In this document: positions 1-11,270 of the stretch, in pieces
Layout: each line of letters starts with the position of its first letter
How positions within the stretch are numbered: the stretch's first letter is position 1
NCBI GenBank assembly: GCA_044892505.1
Contig: CM097884.1
Location: 29,202,001-29,266,000, forward strand
Direction: 5' to 3'
DNA length: 64,000 bases
DNA from: Schmidtea nova
Taxonomy: Eukaryota
Program-made: the position numbers and the translations under genes
The notes under the pieces: model-generated
What the model was told of the DNA's origin: nothing
Seen by the model: only the letters and a program-made list of their open reading frames with translations
Databases searched by the model: none

Positions 1-1076
1 ATGAAAAACTTCAAATTGGTAACCCAAAGTGCAGTAGAAATATTTAGATCTCATTATATTATAGAAATCATAATTACTTTTATTTAGTTGAAAATTATTC
101 CTAAAAAGTGTTTAATTTGGACCATTATTTCGAGTATTTGAAGTTTCCAAGTGAATTGTCTCGAAAAATTTGTGTACACTTTGCTTGGAAAATTCACATT
201 CGTGTTTAGTGGTATGGGTGTTATTATAAAAACTATTAACGATTTCTAAGGGTTAATACAACCCACACCGCAACATAAATACCAATCCATGACACACGTG
301 TACCCATAGTTAATGATTTAATCCGATGTTCGTTACAGATTATCATTAGCAATATACACAAAACAAACCTACTCACCTACGCGACTGGCTGTCGAAAACA
401 CGAAATCGAAATTTCTGTTAACTACAAACTAACTGAATTACTCCAACTGATTTTTTGCGTCTAATTATACTAAAATAGACTGACACCCACGCATGTTTTC
501 ATTTAATTAATTATATCGACTATTAAACTTATTTTATTAGCTTTAATAAATGATTAATTATTTATTTTTTTGTAATTTTAATTTTTTAATTTGATATATT
601 TATTTTTAAAATATTTGTTTTTAATTCCGTTAAATAATGTGTGTATCCAATAATTTTTGTATATTAATTGATTGATTAAAACAATCAACTTTAATTTAAT
701 TCTATTTTTATTCCTACCTCTTATTTTTCCGATATTTCAAAGGGGATTTTTCCTATAAATTTAATAAATTATTTTCATTATTCTGATAGCAATTTTATTA
801 TTTGATCATGCTTTTGGTTATTTTGTACAGCGATGATATTCCCCATTCAATTCTCGTGCGGTCCTTCGTGTGTAAATGCGACCTGCACTCAAATTGTGGG
901 CTCTCTCGACCGACTTATCGAATGCGGTTCGTATGATTACTATTATACCTCACATTGTTTATTTTCTTTTGCGTTAGTTTACTGCGTAATGCTTTATCAT
1001 GGGGTTTTTAACTTGTTTCTTTTTAATTTTTGATGAATTCAAACAAAATTTTATTACCGATTTCCCCAGTCCAACA
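1..1076 (-). mobile_element. Diverged LTR of the A/C family, truncated by the window edge
   Basis: About 400-1076 is similar to 28250-28950 (e.g. tttgatcatgctttt...ccccattcaattctc..gcggtc.ttcgtgtgtaaat..gacctgcactcaaattgtg). It ends ...cagtccaaca, i.e. TGTTGGACTG on the minus strand, matching the family 5' terminus TGTTGG. Confidence 0.8.
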
Positions 1077-2987
1077 TACGATAGAAATTAATTTTGTTTG
1101 CAAAAACCTATTATTGGAAATAATATGATGTGAAAAGTCTTGGATTTAAATTATAATATATAAAAATTGTAAAGCTGGAAATTTTATTATTATATAGATT
1201 TTATAAAATTTTTTTTAATTTTAAAATATCCTTTTTTACGTAGAAAAATTATAAATCAAAAATTTTATTGTTGTATGAATTTTTTAAAAATTCCAATATT
1301 AATTTATCTCAATTTATTTAGGAAAATTTATAAATATTAAAATCGGTTACTANNNNNNNNNNNNNNNNNNNNNNNNNNNNNNNNNNNNNNNNNNNNNNNN
1401 NNNNNNNNNNNNNNNNNNNNNNNNNNNNNNNNNNNNNNNNNNNNNNNNNNNNNNNNNNNNNNNNNNNNNNNNNNNNNNNNNNNNNNNNNNNNNNNNNNNN
1501 NNNNNNNNACCAGAAATAATTCATAAAACAATATTAGCAGATTAATACGCACTCATTAAATCACTCATTAACCCTTATGTCTATACATAGTTCTGGGCAG
1601 GCCTTTACCTATTTAAAATGTTGTTTTTTCATTAACACACTTATATGACCCATTCTCACTTCATGATATCCTCAAGCTATATAATAAAATGTGGTGGGTT
1701 GTTGACCGTCAATATGACCTTGACGTCTCTATGGCTCTCATCAACAACTCAACACATAAAACATTGAAATTACCACCTTGCTACCCGTCACTATGTAACG
1801 TTGGTACTGTAACAAGTGGGTGGGTATTCGCAATCAGTGAGCGTCGTCAATACGAAACTATGATTGACCGAATATCTCCTGGGTCCAAGGGCTACCGATG
1901 GAAGGTTTCTTGCCCATTTTGTCCCTTCTTACATGATTTACCTATAAGCTTTCAATACAAATTTTATCAGAAATTTACCTAAATGTTCTACATAACTTTA
2001 GATTTATTATTACATCCAAATAAATTATTTCGAGCATCAAAAACACTAATATAACCCTATTTTTACCAATATTGCATTTTATGATAATTAATACATAAAA
2101 TATTATATTTTTATAGAAAAATTTTAATCTGCATTTGAAATTTAAGAAAAATTTTAATTATTACCGTAATTTAATCCAGTTTAGAAATAATAAAAATAAA
2201 ATTTCCGTTTGTTTAAAATTGCTAATTTAATCAAAAGGACAAATTTACTCAATTTAAAAATTTTATTAATTTTAAAGGTAATTTTCTGAATTTTCTCACT
2301 AAATTGATTAATTAACGATTTTTATAGTTCAGATCAACAAGAAATGGATCTTCCCAGAAACTACGAAGCCAGAGGAAAATTCTCCCACCCCAAATGGGTC
2401 AATCCAATTAGATCTCGAGCTTCTACGAAGCAAAATAGCCCGCTCTACCAACCAAGTAAAATTTTGATTATTTCAGAATTATAATTTATTTTGAACAATT
2501 TTAGAAAATTTCTTGAAGAGAATATGTTGGAACTGGCCCTTCAAGTACTGCAAACCGGAAAAATCCTTGCCGGGGACTCTTATCCCTCAAACTGAATTTT
2601 TTTCAATAAATCTTTAGATAAAAAAAAATTTTTTGTCTTTACTCTTTTTAGTTTGAGTTTTTATTAGTTTTATGAAATTTTTGTAAATTAAAAATAAACT
2701 GTAATGTAAATGGCCTATTTGCCTGGGTATATTCAATTTTATATGGTAGGTTTGAATGATAGAAATTTTTGTATGGTTTTTCTGGATGTATGTTGCCGAC
2801 TAACATAACTGTGTAGAATTTTCAGTATTGTTTGCTTGTGTGTATATAACTATTGAATGCTAATAAATGATACTGTGTATGTGTGTATATTGTATTTTAA
2901 ATATATGTTGCTTGTGTATTAGTATGGGAAATGTTATTGAATGACATGGATGTAATTTTTTGCAAATAGGGATGCATTATGATTTTT

Positions 2988-3120
2988 GNNNNNNNNNNNN
3001 NNNNNNNNNNNNNNNNNNNNNNNNNNNNNNNNNNNNNNNNNNNNNNNNNNNNNNNNNNNNNNNNNNNNNNNNNNNNNNNNNNNNNNNNNNNNNNNNNNNN
3101 NNNNNNNNNNNNNNNNNNNN
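2988..3120. other. N run, probably hard-masked low-complexity DNA (also ~1353-1509, 26032-26184, 26980-27182, 41946-42077)
   Basis: Occurs at the same place with almost the same length in both B LTRs; several runs are flanked by AAT-rich repeats. Confidence 0.7.
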
Positions 3121-4887
3121 AATTTTTATGAAGTAATATAATAATAAAATTTCCAATTTTTATATTATAAATTTTTATAATACTTTTTATAAATTTTAGT
3201 TTTATAATTTTATGAAAATAATACAATAATAAAATTCCTAATTTTTATATTATAAATTTTTATAATGCTTTTTATAATTTTAATAATATAATAATACCAT
3301 TTCTAATTTTTATAATATGAATTTTTATATTCGAATTTTTATATTTTAAGTATATATATATAGTAAAAAAAATTTTCCCTATAGAATTTTGAAATTTTGG
3401 ATTTTTTGAAATAATATTTTCGATTTAAAATTTTTATGGGTTTCAATATAATTTTTGATTTATAAATTCTTAGGAATTTTATAAAATGACAAAATCTTTT
3501 ATATCATAATAATATTCGGAGAATTTTTGGTTCACAATTATTCATTACAAAAATTTTCCAAAAGTAAATTTTTATTTTTTGATCGAAACGAAATTCACAT
3601 AATAATAAATTTTTCATCCATAAATTTCGAAATCTAAATAAGCATCTAATCTAAAAAATTTTATATGCTAAATAAAAATGAAATAAAAATAAGTTATAAA
3701 TTTTTCAACGAATATTTTTAACCTCAAGTAAAGTAAATTTCGGTTTTGTTGAGCATGAATTTCCCAATCAAAGTACACGCGAATTTTTCGGGGCACTTCA
3801 CTTAGGAATTTCAGGCTCTCGAAAAACAAGATTCACTGGAGAAACTTATTTAGACCATAATGAGTTTTAATTCAGATTAAATCAATACTTGTTTCACAAT
3901 TCGTTTTCATTTCAGGAGCATTATTCTAGCTTTGAGCATTATTTCGAACGATTTGCCTTTCATCATTAGCTTCCAATTTTCTTGTGTTTTCCCATAAGAT
4001 GATCGTCGATTGAGAGCGTGAAGGTGAAGGTGAGTACGAGTCGATTTTTAATCAATAATATTTCCTATTTTAGATTTCAAGTCATGAATTAGAAAATGTT
4101 GTGTTATATTACGAAAATGTTTATGTAGATAATAAAAATATACTACTCTATTATAATAAAAATCATTAGTATAACAAAACCTTGCTCTTGGCCAAACCAC
4201 GATTCCCCAGTTGGGATGACGAGAATTTGGATGTATGAGCCTCACCTTAAAGTGGAAATATGGGCTGGCCGATTACCAATCAGACAACGATCCACCCAGG
4301 CTACTAACAGATCCGCACAACTAAGGCTGGACGGATCGTCAGAGGATATGGGAGAAAAAAAAATTTCTTTACTTATTTTCGATAATTTTATTCAAATAAC
4401 TGCTGGTAAACTAATCGTTAGGTAGGGAATTTGTGTCTTATTATGATAATAATAACAAGAAAATTTTTAATAAGAATTGATATTTTAATAATTTCATAAT
4501 AGCAATGTATAAATCCATAAAATAATACATAACAAATTATCAAAGAACGAGGAGTGGAATGATCGTCAGGCATGATGGACGACCATTCCAATCCTCAATA
4601 AAAACAAATATAACATAAGAAAAAAACAATTACTGTTTACGTTTCCTCACGAATTTTGGGAATTAATAAATTCTTCTAAATCGGATTGAAATTCTCTGGG
4701 ATTCTAAAAATCTTCTTGGAAAATAATGAATTCTTCTTAGCTAGAAGCTTTTCAACAGAGTTTTTTCACAATTAAGATGTTGTAAATTAAATTCTAAATT
4801 CTTAATAGAAAAAAATTTTCTTTTTTTTTTTTTCACAAATTCTGAGTTAAAGAAAACGAAAAATTTTTTCACCAAATTCTGAACTCT

Positions 4888-4913
4888 GCCATTTTGATGG
4901 CGGTATATATACC
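4888..4913 (-). promoter_or_regulatory. Putative LTR core promoter: TATA palindrome followed by a YY1-like motif
   Basis: GGTATATATACCGCCATCAAAATGG(C) is conserved in B (also 43844-43869), D (57121-57146) and E (59118-59142) despite diverged flanks. Confidence 0.55.
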
Positions 4914-5514
4914 ATCAAATTTTCTCTATCTCCGGTAGTGCAATAAAACAAATTGTTCTAGAATTTTCTCTTAATTTTTTCTAAATTAATTCTAATGATT
5001 TTCCGAAAATTAATTCCATATTTTTGTATAATAATTTTTTATAAACTATAAATAATTTATTTTAATTAAAAAATTTTTATGTTTGAATCGAAATTTGTTC
5101 GATTTGATTTAATTTATGATTTTCGATCCATATTAATTCTTTCTATTGTTATATGTGAAATTTTGTGATAAATTCACAATTTTCCTCTAGAATTGCGTTA
5201 ATTTTTCTGTACTTGAAGGTTTATGACAAAATTCTGTTCTTTATGGGCATTTTCCATGGGTTTTTTGCCTATTCTAGCTTCCAAACATTCTGCTTTTAAT
5301 TTTTTCCGAGATTTCAGTGAAAATATTTATAAATTCGCAGTTAGCGCTTACTCTACCGGTTGATGTGTTTTGATTCCACTTCACCTTTTGATGTTTTCCA
5401 CTTAATTGTTGGATTTTTAATGGCAGCTAAGGTTAAAAATGGAATCTTGCGCGTTCTCTACCTATGGGGTTATCGCTTTATAAAAACAAATTGCGTTTTG
5501 GCCCAACATAAAAT

Positions 5515-5549
5515 ACTCGGGGGCCCGCAAAAATTGCGTCCCGCAATTT
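5515..5549 (-). other. Conserved hairpin motif at the PPT position of element B
   Basis: AAATTGCG-GGA-CGCAATTT plus GCGGGCCCCCGAGT just upstream of the 3' LTR; the same motif lies at 28953-28985 in A; no polypurine run. Confidence 0.75.
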
Positions 5550-5691
5550 CTCAGAGGGGTTAAGAACCAAGACTAATCAAAGGTCAAAAGGTTGTACATT
5601 ATACACGAGCTACTTGGTCGTGATCATGCCGTTCGCGACAATAAAAATAAAAAGTGATAAAAATTAATAAAAAGTTAATACGTATACAATA

Positions 5692-5850
5692 ATATGAGTC
5701 TACATCGACTCGCAAGCACGAAAAATTAAATGTAATATATGTGCCTACAGCGGCTAATCAAAATTCGATATGAGTCTACAACGACTCGGATAAAAGTTTT
5801 ACGCCTACAGCGGCTAATCAAAGTTCAATATGAGTCTACAACGACTCAGA
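5692..5850. repeat. Three GAGTC-N6-GACTC inverted-repeat units in the 3' region of B
   Basis: gagtc..gactc at 5696-5711, 5772-5787 and 5832-5847, with cctacagcggctaatcaaa repeated between them. Confidence 0.85.
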
Positions 5851-6594
5851 TAAAAGTTTTATAAAGTTCAGTTAAATTGTTTTTATTCTGGAACTTGACG
5901 AACAGTACTGCATTGATTGTTCCATTGCAAATTGATGATTTGTTTCTCGTTTTCTGAGTCGTCTTGGGGATTGTTCCGCTTTGGTTGACATAGTTGACAA
6001 TTCGTTTGGTAATAGAGTGGAGCGATTATGAGATGATTGGGTATGCTCCGTAATGTTTATCCGTTTGGTCTTGATTTGGATCATGTAATTCGGGTTTTTC
6101 GGATGTGACCGCTCGTAACTGGCCATTAGAAGTTCATCATTTGACTTTGTCTATTCTTTCATAGATTATCTGATCTCGATTCATTGGACGATTTTGGTTC
6201 TTGCTTCGAAGGTTTGATTTTTCTCTTGATTGGAGCTTTGTTTTAAGATTCCAGATAGAATTTTCTGGCTTCTTTTTCGCATTATTTCTTTTAATTGTTT
6301 CTTTCAAATTCTTTTGTTTTGACTTAGGTTTCTACTTCAGTAGTTAAATTAGCAACTTTTCCTTTCCACTTTTCTGGGTTGGATTGTTTTGATTTAATTG
6401 GCTTTCTGATTTGTCTGGTCTTGAAGTCTGATAATTTTTGTTGATGTTCGGTCTTTTTATTCTCTGTTTTTTCTGATTTACACAAATATTTTTCTGGCTT
6501 TCCGATTAATTCATTTTTTAATGGCAACTTTTCTGCGAACAAGTTTGACTTTAAATGATCTCTTTAATTTATTTCTACCAGTTTTTTGTTTTTG

Positions 6595-6627
<33 letters not shown>

Positions 6628-6650
6628 ATACAATTAATCATACTTTTATT
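6595..6650 (-). other. AATAAA followed by a genomic A27 tract downstream of the polyprotein stop
   Basis: tttatt at 6645-6650 and a T-run at 6595-6621 on the plus strand. Confidence 0.7.
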
Positions 6651-6806
6651 ATAATATATTTTGTACATTATTTACACTTCCTTTTGTTTGTTACACCAAC
6701 GTCTTCAAACACATTTTTTGATTTTTTGGTGTTTTTCATTATACAATTTTCTCATACTTTTATGATACTATATATTTTATACATTATTTACACTTTGTTT
6801 CGTTTG

Positions 6807-8746
6807 TTACACCAACGTCTCCTGAGGGCCGAAATGTAGGTTTCGCATTCCCCCATATAATTCATTTGTAGTTCGATATATATCTGCTTCTATTATTGAC
6901 GGATTTATCGTTGGTGGTAGTCCTTGCATCCACATTCCATTGAATTCTGATCCATTGCATATCTCATATTCGTCTTCCGTCTTTACTTCTTCTAAACTGA
7001 TTCCATATTCGAACTTCTCGATGCTTGGCCATTGTCTCTTTCTTTTCGTTTTTCTTTTACATCTTCCAGTGATTTTTGCATGTTGTGTGAGAATCAAAAC
7101 CAATATTGCGCCTATTATTCCGGCAGTTATCCATATCATTTTGATTGCTATTTTTGATTCCTCTACTGCTGCTGACATTGTTGTTGGAGATTCCGTTGTT
7201 GTTTGTACGATTTTGATCGGTCTCCCTCCTTGAATTATTCGTTCGGCTTCTTCCTCCGATATATATTTATTATAAACTGTTGGTTTGGTTGTTGTTAGTA
7301 TTTGATCTTCTATACTGAATTCTCTGGTATCGTCTACTCGTCTAGGTAATTTCGAAATAAATTGACATGTTGGATCTTCATTTAATTTTTTGTAGAGGCA
7401 TACCCGGTATTTGGTTCCTCGTTCCCATCCGGCTACATAATATTCCTCTTCTTCAATGAATGATTTTTCTTCTTTATTGCTCACACTTTTACACTTTTCT
7501 TGTTGTAGTTTTACTTCATAAATGCATATTCTAGCAATAAGATGTCCTTGTACGTTCTTGACTTTTATAATATCATTTTGAAAGAATTTTTCGGTTTCCT
7601 TTTGTATTTGGTTTGGAGTGATTGATATTTCTATTTCTTTTCTGTAACCTTTGACTATCGTTGGTTTTTCTGTTACAGTTATTGTTGCTCTCGGGAGTCT
7701 TATTGCTTTTTCATCCGGTTCTCTCCCGCTTTCTGTGCTTGTTATTATTTGTTCTGTCGTGGTGTGTTCTTGACAAATTGGGACGAAAGTTCTCCATATG
7801 CATATTAGATACGTTGTTTTTGATTCTAACTCTTTGATTATCATTTGCTCCTTTCCCTTTACTGACTGTTGATAACATTTGCTAGGGTTGTCAAGCCCAC
7901 TATTCATATCGACCTTTCTCCAACAAACCTTTTTGATTACTTCCTCGTGGTTGTTTATTAGTATTATTTCCGTGGATTTCGTTTCTACTATCAGAGGGTA
8001 ATACGTAGTTGTTCCACTGGTTGTTGTAGTTGTCGTTATGATTTCCTTGGTGAGTTTTTCTAGACATAGTTTTTGTGTCCATATTCTTCTTATGCATATC
8101 GTATAGCTTGTTCTTGGTTTCAATCCTGGTATTCTGAATTTTCCATTTTGGCCTGTCATTTGAAATTTACACGATAATTGTCTGTCCTTATTTTGCATAT
8201 GGATGGTTTTTATCCAACAAATTTGAGTTATAGGCTCTCTCACATTGTTTGTTACCATCATTTCTTTTTCTTTCACTTCTATTGTTGTTTTGTTCTGGAT
8301 CGTCATCATAACCTTTTTATCTTGTTCTTCTTCTTCGTTTTCTTCTTCATTTTCATCTATTGGGGTTTTTGTGACACTTTGTATTTTTTCTAGCTTGTTC
8401 CTCTCGTTTCCCATTTTCGTAATCATTTCTTTAGCTGCACAGATTGCTCTTATTTGATTTGTTCGATATATACATATTATATATATGTTGTTCCTGATTC
8501 GAGTTTTTCGATCTTTTGTTCTTCTCCTATTGCTAATGCTGTTCTTATGCATTTCTGGTGATCACTGACTCCATTTTTCCGTATTGCAACTGTACATATT
8601 TTAATTATTAGCTCTCCTTTGATATTCGTTATCCATATATTTTCTGTATCTGTAACTATTCTTGCCTCTGCTCTCCTCTGATCAAATATATAATCGATTG
8701 CTTTCACCCAATTCAACATTGTCAATAATATTGTCATAATTATTGT
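6807..8746 (-). CDS. C-terminal polyprotein module: signal peptide, four Cys-containing FN3-like domains, Thr-rich stalks and a TM (type I membrane protein); frameshift at ~8485
   Basis: TIIMTILLTMLNWVKA signal-like segment; FN3 F-strand motifs KLESGTTYIICIY, GLKPRTSYTICIR, ELESKTTYLICIW, GWERGTKYRVCLY; TM MIWITAGIIGAILVLIL (7090-7139). An extra TA in the ACATATATATAAT run joins the two track ORFs. Confidence 0.75.
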
Positions 8747-11270
8747 ATTTTTACCTGGATTTTTAAGTAGACATACCGTTCGATTTTCATAGTTGGAATT
8801 TTCTTGTTCATTCTTGTTCTCTTGTTCATCTTCGTTTCCGTTGTTTTTATTCTCCCATTTCTCACTGTTTCCGTGATTTCCGTGATCACTGTTATCATCA
8901 TTTTGCTGCTGTTCGTTGCTATCGTTGTCTTCATCGTCTGGTTTATCGTTTGATTTATCGTCATCGGGGTCGTTTAGATCACCCTCGGTTTCTTTTGAAA
9001 TGTCGTCCTCGACATTTATATCCTTTATTATTTCCCAATACAATTTGATAATTCTTTGTTCATCTAGTTTTATTTCACCCATTTTGCATTTCAATGTTCC
9101 AGCATCGTCGTGAAGATAACTCTTGTCTTTATTTTTGATCTTTTTTCGCCATTCTTTAACCAATTCAAGTAGTTTTTCTCTCTTTGTTTTTATTTTCATT
9201 TCTTCGTTTGGCTTGTTTGTGAATCTGAAATCTGGTCTTTTTAGTAGTGCTTTTGCTACTCTAGGTAATGTCCAATTTTCAATCAAAGCTCGCTCCATTA
9301 ACACGTTTTTATCATATTTGAACTCGTTGTTCACATTCATCAGTCCTTCTCCAGAGAGTGGATCTTTCCATTTTATCATTTTTGAAGCTACTATTTCATC
9401 TTTTCTTATCACTGCCCTTAATAATGGCTTTGGATTTAAACTCAGTATTTCAATGTCCTCTTGACTTGCTTTTGATAAAAGATACTTGGCTATTGTATAA
9501 TAAGGTGATCTGTAGACATATGATAATACAGTTTCATTGTTGTTATCCCTTTCTTTGATACTTGACCCTGTTCTTAATAACTCCTCGATTAAGTCTTTGG
9601 ACCCTCCTTCTTCTACCGCTAGCATTAATGGTGTTTGTCCTTTCCAATTTTTTATATTCGAGTGTTGTCCGCATCTTTCCATGAGTTTAATTATTTCCAT
9701 AGCTCTTTTTCCTTCTCCCTTCCTCAAGGCTACATTTAGCGGTGTTTCCTCGTTAAAATCAGTCATTGTAAATAATATTGGCATCCGCTCCTTGATTATA
9801 TCAATAACTTTTGGTGTTGCCTTTCCTCTGGCATAGTCATCTATTATCCGGTTTAGTCCGTTTATTATTTCGAATACGTGTTTGCCTTCTGTCCATTCTG
9901 GCATAATCTCTTTTGCTGTTTCTATTATCAGATCCATTTCTTTTATATGTTCAATTCTCGCATCATCCGTTATTTCTTGCTTAATTTGTAATGTTGGACT
10001 TCTCATCTTTGGTGCAAAGAATGTTGTATCTCCACAACATCCACATCCTTTACTCTTTCTAAGCATGCATATTTGTCTTGTCTGTGATCTGGTCATTATT
10101 CTCCTTTCCTCTGGTTCTTTTGTCGCAGTTTTTTCTACTCGTTTACATCTACACACGTTCACGTATATCGGTCGAACTAACGGATTGTTGACTAATTTTA
10201 CCCGGATGTTATTTTCGCTAACAAATATGACTTCATATGGTCCTTTTCCCGTTCTCTGTAATTTTTTCGCTGTTCCTGGGATGATTTCTGGTGTTTCGAC
10301 TATCACCCAATCACCTAGCTTGAACTGATTTTCGTGTACATTTCTCTTTTTGTCGTGTAGTTCTTTGTAGCTCTCTTGATTGAATCGTATATTCATACCT
10401 GCAACTTTCCAAATTTCTTGCATTCGCTCCTTGAATTTTGTTAAGTAATCGTCGATTTCCATATATTGTGATATTGGTGGTTGATATTCAAGATCCATTG
10501 GCATGTTACATTCTCTGCCGTACATCAATTTAAACGGACTCATTTTTGTTGCCGAGTGAATCGACATACGGTATGCCATTAGACATAGATTCACATATTC
10601 ATCCCAATCCTTTTGGTGTTTACTGACATAATTTGACATCATCTCAATCAATATTCCGTTAAATCTCTCCGTTTGTCCATTTGTTTGGGGATGATATGGT
10701 GAAGTTCTCAACTTAGCAATTCTGAAATAATTGGTAACTTCGTTGATGATCTCGCTCATAAAATTTGTTCCTTGATCGGTTAATATTTGTTTTGGTGTTC
10801 CATATCTACAACATACTTCTTCGACTAATATTTTGGCTATTGTTCTAGCTTTCTGATCTGGCATTGCAAATGCTTCTGGGAATTTTGTTAAGTAATCAGT
10901 TATTACTAATATATAAACATTTCCATGATTCGTTTCTGGTAATGGTCCTACTACATCCATTGCGATCATTGTCATAGGTTCTGGTGGAATTGGCATTGGT
11001 TTTAAAGGTGTTTTCATTTTACTGCCAGTGCTTTTTCGCGTTGCACATATTAAACAATTCCTAATCCATTCTTTCACATCTTCTCCAATATTTGGCCAGA
11101 AATACTTCTGTTTTAATCTCGCTTCCGTTTTCTTAGCTGACATATGTCCACCAAGTTTTCCATCGTGATATTGCATCAAGATGTCTTTCCTTCTACTTTC
11201 TGGTAAACACATGAGTCTTTTTTCTCCATCCATTGCTAATAACCAGCCTTTTTCGATTGTATATTTGTGC
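8477..11270 (-). CDS. Integrase (HHCC, DDE core, GPY) followed by ankyrin repeats and an acidic linker
   Basis: HDGKLGGH...CLIC zinc finger; MDVVGPLP, TDQGTNF, YHPQTNGQTERFN; GKGPYEV; ankyrins ETPLNVAL, GQTPLMLAV, NETVLSYV (~9450-9750). The frame stays open upstream of the ATG (YTIEKGWLLAM). Confidence 0.95.

Larger units (their letters stand above)
1692..5508 (-). repeat. 3' LTR of element B (3817 bp)
   Basis: Minus strand starts TGTTGGGCCAAAACGC and ends GGTCAACAACCCACCA. By eye I saw only ~8 differences from 40649-44464 (not exhaustive). Confidence 0.95.

Noticed and set aside
2350-2600. Two-exon antisense protein gene in B's LTR (MDLPRNY... / KFLEENML...)
   Set aside because: Splice phases do not join the two open frames without a stop.
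1318-3226. ORFs spanning N runs (also near 26-27 kb and 42 kb)
   Set aside because: Artefacts of masked bases.
5872-6542. Extra 3' ORF in B (and 29240-30400 in A)
   Set aside because: Purine-rich and coding-like, but fragmented with no recognisable motif or clear B-A homology.
6807-8552. Independent host receptor gene starting at the track's Met
   Set aside because: Intronless, inside the LTR-bounded element; its signal peptide and first domain are in the upstream frame, and the listed N-terminus is out-of-frame sequence.
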